Positions 46,729 through 56,803 of a stretch of DNA of 64,000 nucleotides are shown here, one piece after another. Location: positions 96,001-160,000 of the forward strand of contig CAWFKQ010000005.1 of NCBI GenBank assembly GCA_963816395.1. Direction: 5' to 3'. A model generated the notes under the pieces. That model was not told where the DNA came from. It saw only the letters and a list, made by a program, of their open reading frames with translations, and ran no database searches. Made by a program: the position numbers and the translations under genes. Source of the DNA: an uncultured delta proteobacterium. GTDB lineage: Bacteria; Desulfobacterota; Desulfuromonadia; Desulfuromonadales; JACZKF01. Positions within the stretch are counted from its first letter, which is position 1. Each line of letters opens with the position of its first letter.

Positions 46729-48338
46729 GACACTATCCTGCGATAAAGCTGCCGTTCCTTCATCTCGTAAACCACCCGCTCCCATGTCAATTCCTCCTCC
46801 CGACCGGTATCCCGCGGGGCGTCCTGCACTATCTCGCTGGTTTCCAGACGCACCGGACCACCCCAGAGGTATTCAACCCCCAGAAGAGAATTGGCGATAT
46901 ATTCCCGCACCAGAGGTTTTCCCTCGAAGCGGTGCACCAGATAGAGAGTGTTGCCGGTGCTTTTCTTGGGATCGATATCAATGCGCGGCGGATGGTAGAG
47001 TGAGCTCAGCAGCATTTCCCGGTAATCCTCGGCTTTGCGGCTCTTGACGAAATATTCCCAGACCATGCGGCTCTGGTTCAGCCGCCGGCCGGCGACGAAC
47101 AAGTCATATCGGCTGATGAAGTCCTGATCGACGAAAGAATTGATAAAGAGGAAGTCGGAATAATGCTGACGCACCTGAAATATCTTCGCCTGCCCCTGTC
47201 CGGTGCCGGCGTCGAAACGCTCTCGGGCATGGGCGTCGCGCAGGCGCTGATACGCTTCCGTATAGCGGCCGCGATCGGCTCCTTCCTCGACCACCTGAAA
47301 CAGGCGCATGCCCAAAGCGTAGGGATTAAGCCCGACCCGCGGCAGAGAGGCAACCCCGGCATGCACGCGGGCGAATTCCACCTCATGGCCGCGGATGCGT
47401 TCATCCCTCAGAAAGAGTTTTTCGTGCCAGTAGCTGGCCCATCCTTCGTTCATGATCTTGGTGCGGATTTGCGGCTGGAAGTAGATGGAGGTTTTGCGCA
47501 CGACCTGCAGGACCGACTGCATCCATTTGTTCTCGTCCCGATTGAGGAAATCCGAGCGTTCCATCAGGAATTGCAGCAGGTCGCTGCCGCGGCGGGGTTT
47601 CTCTGCCAGGCTTCTTTCGAAAACCGCCTCGAACTCCGGGTATTTTTTGAAGGTCTCGGCGAAGAAGGTCTGCTCGCCGGTTTCACCGTCGGCTCGCAGG
47701 CACTCGTTGTAGCGGTTGATTTCCTTGACGTATTCGGCAATGCGCACCTTGCGGGTGGTCTGCAGAAAGACGTCGAAATAGAAATCGAGGCGCCGCGAGC
47801 GGGCGTCACCGGCGGGGGGGTCGAGCCGCCCCAGTTCTTCGAAATACCCTACCAGGTTGTCGATGCTGCGGCCGAATTCGATGATGTAATCCACCCAGCG
47901 GCCGTGCTTGGTCCGCAGACCGGCGATCAGGCGCTTGTCGGAGAGCGCCTGCCCCGCCAGGTCGTAATCCCAGGTGTGGCGGTAGAAAAGATTGTTCTGG
48001 AAGAAATCGATATGCGCCAGAACGTGATAAAAGATCATCACGTTCAGCCAGTCCGGGTTGTTGTCGTTGTAGAAGGAAATGGCGGGGCGGGTGTTGATGA
48101 CCGTCTCATAGGGGTTACCCGGATAGAGTTCGTAGCGCCCCTTTTCCTTGAGTACCTCGACATCGTGCACCCAGTAATCGTACAGGGTGGGGATCATCAG
48201 TTTGGGGGTGAGCTCCAGCAGGTCGCGATTGGTGACGATATATTCAAGGGTCTCGTCTTCGAAGCGCAGCCCCGCCGTCCGCGCCCGCTCCTTGCACCCT
48301 TCCATGATGCGTTTTGTATGTTGGTTGATTAGTTCCAT
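46725..48338 (-). CDS. SpoVR/YcgB family protein
   Basis: YETVIN..P.I, HVLAHIDFF.NN, YFQPQIRTKIMNEGWASYWH, NPYALG. Confidence 0.93.
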   Translation of the reverse strand: MELINQHTKRIMEGCKERARTAGLRFEDETLEYIVTNRDLLELTPKLMIPTLYDYWVHDVEVLKEKGRYELYPGNPYETVINTRPAISFYNDNNPDWLNVMIFYHVLAHIDFFQNNLFYRHTWDYDLAGQALSDKRLIAGLRTKHGRWVDYIIEFGRSIDNLVGYFEELGRLDPPAGDARSRRLDFYFDVFLQTTRKVRIAEYVKEINRYNECLRADGETGEQTFFAETFKKYPEFEAVFERSLAEKPRRGSDLLQFLMERSDFLNRDENKWMQSVLQVVRKTSIYFQPQIRTKIMNEGWASYWHEKLFLRDERIRGHEVEFARVHAGVASLPRVGLNPYALGMRLFQVVEEGADRGRYTEAYQRLRDAHARERFDAGTGQGQAKIFQVRQHYSDFLFINSFVDQDFISRYDLFVAGRRLNQSRMVWEYFVKSRKAEDYREMLLSSLYHPPRIDIDPKKSTGNTLYLVHRFEGKPLVREYIANSLLGVEYLWGGPVRLETSEIVQDAPRDTGREEELTWERVVYEMKERQLYRRIVS

Positions 48339-48344
48339 AATTAC

Positions 48345-48422
48345 CGGCTCGCGGCTTGCGGTTCGCGGCTCGCGAAAGTCAGAACCATAGATTTCCGCGT
48401 ACCTGCATCACGCATACCGCGC
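48345..48422. repeat. 7-nt-period repeat between SpoVR and DUF444 genes
   Basis: ggctcgc ggcttgc ggttcgc ggctcgc ... cgcgtac ctgcatc acgcata ccgcgcc. Confidence 0.6.
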
Positions 48423-48424
48423 CC

Positions 48425-49800
48425 CTACGAAATCAGTTTCTTTATCCCCTCGATCACCCGTGCCTCCTCGGCCTCGTCGTCCATGGTATCGAGGCGCAGA
48501 TGACCCGACTTCGTTTCGAGCAGCCCTGATTTCTTCAGGTACCGCTCAACCTCCGTGCCGCCGGCGGCGCCGTGCATGTGCTCGGCAACCGTGACCCCTA
48601 TCCGGCTGACATAGGTCAGCATCTTCTTCAGTTCGGCGATCATTTCTTTGCCGTCGGCATCCCAGTCGTCGCCGTCGGTGCCGTGAAATACGTAGATATT
48701 GTAATCGCGGGCCAGGCTCTCCTTTTCCACCATCTCGTTGACCAGGCGGAAGGCGGAGGCCACCCGCGTGCCGCCGGCCACCCGGGAGTTGTAGTAGGTG
48801 TAGAAATCGGGGACTTCCTTGGCGTCGGTGTCATGCAGGATGAAGCGCGATTCCACCTGCCGGTCGTACTGGTAGAGAAGCCAGCTGTAGATCAGCACGT
48901 GCTGGGAGACGACCAGATCGGTTGCCTTGCCGGCCATCGACCCTGAGTAGTCGCGGAGGAAGAATACCAGTGCCTGCGATTCGTAGTCCTTTTCGCGGGA
49001 AAGGACCCGAAAAACCTTGTCGTCGGGACCGATGAGAAACTTGGTGGTATCGATATCCCCGAGATCCGGGAGGTTGCCCAGGCTCATGTTGGTTTCCAGA
49101 ATCCGCCGCAAGGTCGCTTTCTTGTCGAGAATCTGCCCGAACCCCCGATGCCGGTCGGTAAGATCGTAGGTGTAGCGGGTAAGGGAGCGCTTCTTCCCCT
49201 TCTCCTGCAGGTTGGGCAGCTCGAATTTTTCGGTGAGAATCCGCCCCAGGTCATAGGCGCTCGACTCCACTTCGTGCGCCCCGCCCTCCCCCTGCCCGGC
49301 CCCGCCGGCGCCGGCTTCCTCCGGTGCATGCACCGGCTGCTCGCCGATGACTTCCCCCTCCTCACCTTCGCCGGACCCGCCGGAAGCCCCCGCCGCCGTC
49401 CTCCTTTGAGGAAGGTGCTGTCATGGAGCAGCTTTTCCTCCACAGTGGTCGGGACGATCACTACCTTCCCCTGTTTCCCCCGCCCCGGGCGGACCAGTTT
49501 CCCGACGCGGATCTTACGCGGGAAGCCGTCCTTCTCCCGCTGTTTGTCGCGCTCCAGCAGTTCGTCAATGGAGCGGATGCTGGTGGTATAGGGAGGATGC
49601 GGCTTGTCGAGCTTCAGCAGCACCGACAGGTCGTCCCAGGCATAAAGGGAAAGGGGCGCTATCCCCTGCGGCCCGGGTTGCGGCGGCAGGTCGTGCGTCC
49701 CCCCGCCGCGCAGCTCGGCCAGAATTTTTTCCTCCTGCAACGGAGAAAGCCCCTTCTGTTTCAGGGCGAGATAGAGTCTGTGATCGGACGAATTGGACAT
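48425..49800 (-). CDS. DUF444/YeaH-YhbH family vWA-like protein (indels ~49340-49410)
   Basis: Gly-rich GAGQGEGGAHEVE, LPNLQEK, MIDAS-like DYSGS, GGTRVASA, FHGTDGDDW. Confidence 0.88.
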
Positions 49801-49819
49801 ATAGGGCCTATGATTCGTA

Positions 49820-49857
49820 TTGCCTCCAGCCTCTTGTCACTTGCCTCTAGCCTGCTC
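49820..49857. repeat. 7-nt-period repeat between PrkA and DUF444 genes
   Basis: gcctcca gcctctt gtcactt gcctcta gcctgct. Confidence 0.65.
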
Positions 49858-49859
49858 TT

Positions 49860-51924
49860 CTACACTTCGTCTTCCTGGGTGCAGAAGTATTCGATCGTCT
49901 TCTGCGCGCAGGTCTGGCAGTACTTGAGCTTGTTGAGCATGGTGTCGATCATGCGATCGTAGAGCTTCTGGTTCTCCTCGTTGGTGCGGTTGGCCAGGGC
50001 GCCGATCAGGCTGCCGGCGCCGGCGATATCGCTCTTCAGCCGCACGTCGGTGACCGCCTTGACCAGTTCCAGGTTGTCCATGAAGTCGTAGTTGGGATCG
50101 ACGGAGATCTTCTGCCCGTAGATCTTGCGGATGGAAGTGCGGAAGGTCTCGATCTGCTCATCGGTCTTCAGATCCCAGGCGGTCTTCGATATTGCGGATG
50201 TAGCGCTCATCGATCTTCAGCGCCCTGAGCTCCCGGGTCTGCGGGTCCTTGTACTTCCACATCTTGTCCGGGCCGAGATTCTCGGCATCGACGCCGATGA
50301 TCATGTTGACGTAGTTCATCACGTCCTTGCGGATGGCAAAAGGCTCGTCCATATAGGCGTTGAACATCTCGGTCATGATCCGTTCGCGGTAGAGCCCCTT
50401 GGCGGTCTTCAGGTCCTCCAGGTATTTCGCCCGGTCATTGGCGTCCGGCACGTAATCGAGAATGACCCGTTCGATGGCGTTGAAAACATCGTAGGCGAAC
50501 ATGCACCGCCCCTCGTTGGTTTCCGAACTTTCCACCAGCAGCTGGATGGCCCGCCCCAGATTGCGCTGGCCGAGCCCCTTCTGACCGAAACGCTTGGTGA
50601 TGTCGGGGTCCTGGTTGAGGGTGTCGATCACCTCCGCCAGGGCCTTGATGCTTTTCTCCCCAGCCACCTCGCCGGCAGCCAGCTTCATCGTCTCCACCCC
50701 GGTCAGTTTTTCCGATCGGGGCAGGCGGGAGAGAACCGCCGCCACCGAGGCGGCGTAATTGAGATTCGGATCCTGGTGCAGATTTTCCTTGCTCAGGGTC
50801 GTCTTGGTCTCGCTGCCGATGGCATAACCGGTGAGGTTTCCTTGCATCAGGTAATTGGTGTTGTGGGAAACGTAGCAGATACGGCAGCGATCGACGATCG
50901 GCGCCTCCTCCTTCTCGGCGAGGAAACGGTTGAATTCCGAGTTGTTGCTGGTGGCGATGATCAGGGTGTCGATCGGCCACTTGTAGCCGTCGATCTCGAT
51001 CACCCGGTTCTGGATTACTCCCAGGTAGACCTGCACCAGGTCCTTCTTGTTCTTGTAGATCTCGTCGGAGAAATGGATGCCGCCGCCGGCCACCCGGGCC
51101 AGGGCGCCGCGCCGCAGGTCGAAGCGGTACGGGTTGTTGGTGTCGGTGATATGCAGCAGGCGCTGGATCGATTCCTCTCCCAGCAAATCGACGGCCGAGG
51201 AGGTGATCTTGTCCTTGGCCGCGTATTTGCCGGTGACCGTTCCCAGACTTTCGGTCAGCGGCACCGGGATGACTTCGATGAACTTCAGCATCTCCTGCAG
51301 GTCGCCGCCGGTATGGTTGCGGATATCGTTCCACATGTAGCCGCTGCAGGCGCCGAGGGGCCGGTAATTCTCGTACAGCCGGTCAATTTCCCGATCCTTG
51401 AGGCCACCTTCCTTGGCCAGGAATTCCCGGCTCCTCTCCGGCTCTTCAAGGATGTTCATCGCCAGGATCATCGGGTCTTCATAGGTCTGGGACTCGATGG
51501 TGCTGATGCGCCCGTAGCTGCCGAGGCGGTCCATGCCGGTGAAACGGAAGGTATATTTCCGGTTTCCGTCCCGCATCAGGAACTGGCGATACTTGCCGCA
51601 GAGAAATTCCACGAAAAATGTCTTGCCGTTTCCCGGCTCTCCCACCAGGACGAAGGCCATCTCCTTGCTCGAGCCCCCCTCGGCGGCGTCCTTGACGAAG
51701 GAAACCAAACTGTTGATTTCGTCATACATGCCGATGGCGTGCTTGCGGCCATTGCGGAAGATCTTGAAATCGTAGGTTGTTTTGCCGTTCGCCACGACTT
51801 TCTCGATCTCATCCTCCAGAATCATCCGGGCCACGCCCTGAAACGCGTTCTCGAAGCGCCGCTCCCCCTTGCGAACAGCTGCCAGATGAAACTGAAGGGA
51901 ATTTGTGCCTATTTTTTCAGCCAT
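49860..51924 (-). CDS. prkA: PrkA/YeaG-family AAA+ protein, copy 1 (frameshift ~50172)
   Basis: Walker A GEPGNGKT, GIHFSDEIYK, IATSNNSE, APIVDR; C-terminal M...LKYC..CA...IEY. Confidence 0.88.
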
Positions 51925-52412
51925 TTGCTCCTCCGAACCTGCCAGTCTTGTGAACTATCGTTGGTCATTATACTGAATTTTGGTATTTTTTTGGAGTTTT
52001 TCTTGTTCGGGCCAAGCGCCCAGGAAACTCCAGTGAAGAACTCGAAAAGCAACGATTTTCTTCCGAAGAATAGTAAAACATAGTTTTATTTATCCTGCCC
52101 GGCGAGTGACCCAGGGTCTGAGGTTCACATGCAACCTTAATCCCTGGCAGCTAAGCCGTCCGATTGATACTTCCATTGTGACCGTTTCTCGGTTCGATGC
52201 AAGCTGCCTGTGCCGATTCCTCCATGAGCGTCGACTCCGGAATCCTCAGGCGCCTTCTGCAAATTTTATATCGCCCGGTCGAACCCCCAGTCACCGGGGA
52301 AACCTTCCGAGTACTGTCTCCTCCCGATTGCGCCCTCCCCTTTTTCACCTATATTGAAAGAAGCAAAGGGTGGCAACAGAGTTCACCGACAGCATGGAGG
52401 CTTCCACCCGTC

Positions 52413-52682
52413 ATGACTGCTGATCTGCGAAAAGTCAGGAAGATACTCGAGGAAGATCCCCGCTTGGCCGGTTTCGCCGTCCGCCGGCAAGAGGGAGAAA
52501 TTCATTTGGAGAAGGGCGGTGACAGTTTTGCCCGCCTGATCCCCGCCGGCGAGAAGGAGTTGTGGCGAATCGAGGTATTTCGAGATACCGAAGAATGGGA
52601 GATCGTCGATTTTACCGGAACTATTGAGGAATGCCTGGGGCTCCTCGCCGAACACCCACTGTACCTTTTCTGGGAGCGATGA
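52413..52682 (+). CDS. hypothetical 89-aa protein
   Basis: GGAGG upstream; acidic/aromatic globular sequence ending ..GTIEECL.LL..HPLYLFW. Confidence 0.6.
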   Translation: MTADLRKVRKILEEDPRLAGFAVRRQEGEIHLEKGGDSFARLIPAGEKELWRIEVFRDTEEWEIVDFTGTIEECLGLLAEHPLYLFWER

Positions 52683-52692
52683 CCTTCAACCG

Positions 52693-53478
52693 ATGGACAG
52701 TGCATTGCATCTGATTGTTTCACAGGTGGGAGATGAACTGGCCGCCCGGCGCCGGGAAATGGCACGGCTGGCTGATCTGCTGGCGGAGCAGGAGCTGGAA
52801 CTGGCCGAACTTCGCTCTACTCTCATCCGCTTTCAACATCGCTATTTTCAGGTCGTGGGCCGCAGATACGCGGAAATGGACGAACTGCGGGCCCGCCTTG
52901 CCCGAAAGCGCGCCGAGCGGGCTCCCGCCGACGAAAGAGCGGCGCGCGAAGGCCTGGCATTTCCGTTACCGGGCCGACAGGACCGCTCGTGGCTACCGAA
53001 ATCCCAGCGAAGAGGGGGAAGAGGCCGGCGCGAGGATAAACCGGCGTCCGAGGAAATCAAGAAACTTTACCGGTCCATCGCCGTGCAGATCCATCCGGAT
53101 CGGGCGAAAACGGAAAAATCCCGGGCGATCCGCACCGCCCTGATGGCCGAACTCAACGCCGCTTATGCCGCGGGCGACACGATCCGCATGCAGACGATCC
53201 TGGAGGAGTGGCAATCGAGCCCGGAATCGATCGCCGGCGAAGGGCCGGAAGCCGAGTTGCTGCGGCTGACTCGGGCACTGATTCGGATGGAACGGCGGCT
53301 GGGGCGAATCGAAAAGGAAATCGGCCGGCTTCAGGCCTCTCCTATGGGTCGGCTTCTGCGGCGGGTTCGCGAGGCGGCTGCCCGCGGAAAGGATCTCCTG
53401 GACGAACTGGCGGCGGAGCTCGACCTGAAGATCGAGCTGGCCCGCCGGGAACTTGAAGAAATGGAGGAGAACAGCTGA
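52693..53478 (+). CDS. coiled-coil protein with internal J-domain-like module
   Basis: IKKLYRSIAVQIHPDR...MAELNAAY between long coiled coils; possible compensating indels ~52950-53035. Confidence 0.75.
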   Translation: MDSALHLIVSQVGDELAARRREMARLADLLAEQELELAELRSTLIRFQHRYFQVVGRRYAEMDELRARLARKRAERAPADERAAREGLAFPLPGRQDRSWLPKSQRRGGRGRREDKPASEEIKKLYRSIAVQIHPDRAKTEKSRAIRTALMAELNAAYAAGDTIRMQTILEEWQSSPESIAGEGPEAELLRLTRALIRMERRLGRIEKEIGRLQASPMGRLLRRVREAAARGKDLLDELAAELDLKIELARRELEEMEENS

Positions 53479-54606
53479 TGGTCATGGACAAGATCGGCCA
53501 GCTGGTCAAGTCGCGTACCGCCCAATTGCAAACGGCGGGCACTGAGCTGGCCGAACGCGGGCTGGCGGATGCGGTCCGTCTCGATTCCGATCCCGAGATG
53601 CTGCGCCTGGTGGGAACCCTGCGCGATTCGTCCGACTGGCCGGAGCGGCATCGATGCCTGGGAGAAGGTGCGGGACATGGGGCCTTCGGTCCGCGGCTGG
53701 CAGAAGGCCTTGCGGGAACTGATCCACCAGGCGGACGGCTGGGGGCGTATCTTTGCCGCCGAGTCCCTGGCCTGTCATGCCTGCTGCGAAAGCGAGGCGG
53801 TGCCGGTTCTGCTGGTGACCCTGGCCTCGACCCTGGAACTGCGCCGCTACGAATGGTCGCGCCTGGCCTGTGGGGCCATTGGCCGCTATGACAACCTGTC
53901 GCGGCCCCTGGTCGATCAGTCGGTGCCGGCCATGCTGGATGCCCTGGATGCCGAGGACGGCAACGTGCAGGGGTATGCGGCCAAAGCCCTGGGCAACTGG
54001 GGATTGCACTCCCGGCCGGCGCTGGTCAAACTGGCCGACCTGCATGACCATGCGGAAGATCCCCTGCGTGCCCACTACCTGGAAGTGATGAAAAAGATCG
54101 ACCCCTCCATCAATACCGCCCAGGATGCCCGGGTGCTGGCCCTGGACGACCAGGATGACATGGTGCGGGCCACCGCGGTAGCTTCCATGGTCCGCAACGG
54201 GCTGGAGGAAGGAACCGATCCCTCCCACCTGCTTTCCCTGTTTCGCGATGAGAGCGCCGAGGTCAGGTGCAATCTCGCCATCGCCCTTGGCGATCTGCAG
54301 ATTCCCGGAAATGACAGCCTGGTCCGCCTGCGCCGGCTGGCGGAGGACAGCGACCCGGCGGTACGCCTGGCGGCCGCCTATGCTTTTGTCCGCCTTTCGG
54401 TGAATACCGGCGAGAACCTGAAGCGGTTGCGACACGGCCTGCGCAGCGAGATCGAGCGCCTGCGCCTGCTGGCGGCCTGGGCGCTCGGGGAGGTTGGCGG
54501 CGCGGCCCGCTGGCGCTGCCGAACCGCCCTGAAAATTGCCCAAAGGAGTGAGCCGTGCGAGGAAGTCCGGCTGGCGCTGGCGCTGGCGCTGCATAAATTA
54601 AGCTAG
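53478..54606 (+). CDS. HEAT-repeat protein (frameshift ~53640)
   Basis: Repeats such as VQGYAAKALG, VRATAVASM, VRCNLAIALG, VRLAAAYAF, LRLLAAWALG; TGATG overlap with upstream gene. Confidence 0.8.
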
Positions 54607-54656
54607 CCCCTCCTGAAGGAGCACCTCTGACATTCGCGCGGATCACTCCGCGCAGA

Positions 54657-55170
54657 TCACTCCGGCCGCAGGCAGGTGGCGGAAATCGACAGGATACTCC
54701 ACTGGCTGCGCGAATCTCCGTATTTGACCCGTCTGCTCGTCTCCAGGAGGTCCGACATGAATCCCCCCAGATCCTCGGCGATATCGATCAGGTGAACCAG
54801 ATGGCCGTCGCCGTCCTGGACGTAAAAATCCACTTTCAGCCTCTTGCAGGCCGGCCCGTCGGAGATCCGGCCGGAGAGACAAACAAGATCCTGGCTCTGG
54901 CTGACGGCAGCGGAGATCTGGTAATCCTCCGCGGTGATGACCTTTTCCCCCTGGCGGGACTGCCCGGTCCGGGATTTCGCCGCCGACCTGGAGACTTTCT
55001 CCGGCTTGATTCCGTCATGCCGGGAATCGAAGAATTTCGACCGGTTCGCCGCTCCCGGAAGCCCGGTCGGAAAAGTGCGTTTGCCCGTTTCCGTCCACCC
55101 AGCGATAGATTTCCGCCGAGGCGCAGCCGCAGCCCAGACACAGAATACAGAAGATCGACACACCTTTCAT
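54657..55170 (-). CDS. secreted DUF4124-domain protein (frameshift ~55050)
   Basis: [35 protein letters not shown], then continues in the 54657..55163 frame. Confidence 0.65.
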
Positions 55171-55248
55171 TCTCCCCTCCCATACACAGTTTATCGAAAA
55201 AGCCGGGCCAGCCCCGGCCTCACCTGTTCATAAGCAGCGGCACGGGCA

Positions 55249-56722
55249 CTACGGCAGTTCGGTGCCCCCCATCAGGAAGCGATCGACCTCCCGCGCGGCG
55301 CCGCGACCTTCATTGATCGCCCAGACGATCAGGCTCTGGCCGCGCCGGGCGTCGCCGGCGGCGAAAAGGCCCGGAACGCTGGTGGCAAAGCGGCCGTAAT
55401 CCGCCTGAATATTGCTGCGAGGGTCCTGTTCGACCCCGGCGCCCGCCAGCACGGCCTCCTCCGGGCCGAGAAATCCCATGGCGAGCAGCACCAGATCGGC
55501 GGGCAGATTCCTTTCGCTCCCCCGTATCTTCTCCGGCCAGGGCCGCCCCGCCTCCTCCCGCCACTCGATATCATGGATCCGGATCTCCCGCAGCTGCCCG
55601 GTCGGGTCGGCGATGAATTCTTCCGCCGTCACCAGGAACTGGCGCGGGTCGCCGCCGAACTTCTCCTTCGCCTCCTCCTGGCCATAGTCAAGCCGATAGA
55701 TCCGCGGCCACTGCGGCCAGGGGTTGTCGGCGCCGCGCTCCTGCGAGGGCCGCGGCATGATCTCCAGCTGGGTGATGCTCCGGCAGCCCTGGCGTAAGGC
55801 GGTGGCGACGCAGTCGGTGCCGGTGTCGCCGCCGCCGATCACCACCACGTCCTTGCCGGCGGCGTCGATCTCCAGCGGGGTGCCGTCGAGCAGCCGCCTT
55901 GTGTTGTGGGTAAGGTAATCCATGGCGAAGTGAACGCCGGCGGCCTGCCGTCCCGGGATCGCCAGATCGCGCGGGCGGGTCGCGCCGCAGCACAGGACCA
56001 CGGCATCGTATTCCTCGAGCAACTGCCCCAGGGGCAGATCGCGCCCCACCTCGATACCGTTAAGGAAGCGCACCCCCTCCGCCGCCAGCAGGTCGATCCG
56101 GCGCTGGACGATCGTCTTGTCGAGCTTCATGCTGGGGATGCCGTACATCAGCAGGCCGCCGGCGCGGTCAGCCCGTTCGAAGACGGTGACCTCGTGCCAG
56201 ACCTTGTTGAGCTGTGCCGCGCAGGCGAGCCCAGCCGGTCCCGAGCCGACTACCGCCACCCGCTTGCCGCTGCGCCCGGCCGGGGGCCGCGGGCACGATC
56301 CAGCCCTCGGCGAAGCCGCGGTCGGCTATCGCCTGTTCGATCGCCTTGATCGTCACCGGCGGTTCGATAAGGCCGAGGACGCAAGCCCCCTCGCAGGGGG
56401 CCGGGCAAACCCGGCCGGTAAACTCGGGGAAATTGTTGGTCATGTGCAGCCGCTCCAGCGCCTGCCGCCAGAGGCCGCGCCAGACCAGGTCGTTCCATTC
56501 CGGGATCAGGTTGTAGACGGGGCAGCCGGAAGCCGCCCCGGCGATGGTCAGGCCGGTATGGCAGAACGGGGTGCCGCATTCCATGCAGCGCGCTCCCTGG
56601 TCCCGCAGCCTTGCCTCCGGGTGGTGCAGGTGGAATTCCTGCCAGTCGGCGAGCCGCTCCAGGGGAGAGCGGTCGGGAGGGAGTTCACGGGGGTATGTCA
56701 GAAAGCCGCCGAGTTTGGTCAT
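55249..56722 (-). CDS. gltD: glutamate synthase small subunit (frameshift ~56280)
   Basis: [48 protein letters not shown]. Confidence 0.95.
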
Positions 56723-56803
56723 CTGCTGGAGCCCTTGTTTTGGCCGCGTCCGATCGGTCAGACGACCGGCCGGTTTTGCCGGTGCGGCGAGGCATCGCCT
56801 TTT

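Noticed and set aside
50125..52083. 652-aa + strand ORF, plus similar long antisense ORFs over lepA, carAB, spoVR and bioA
   Set aside because: Mirror frames of well-supported genes on the opposite strand.
52081..52412. Structured ncRNA between prkA and the J-domain operon
   Set aside because: Only short imperfect stems; no recognisable family or terminator.
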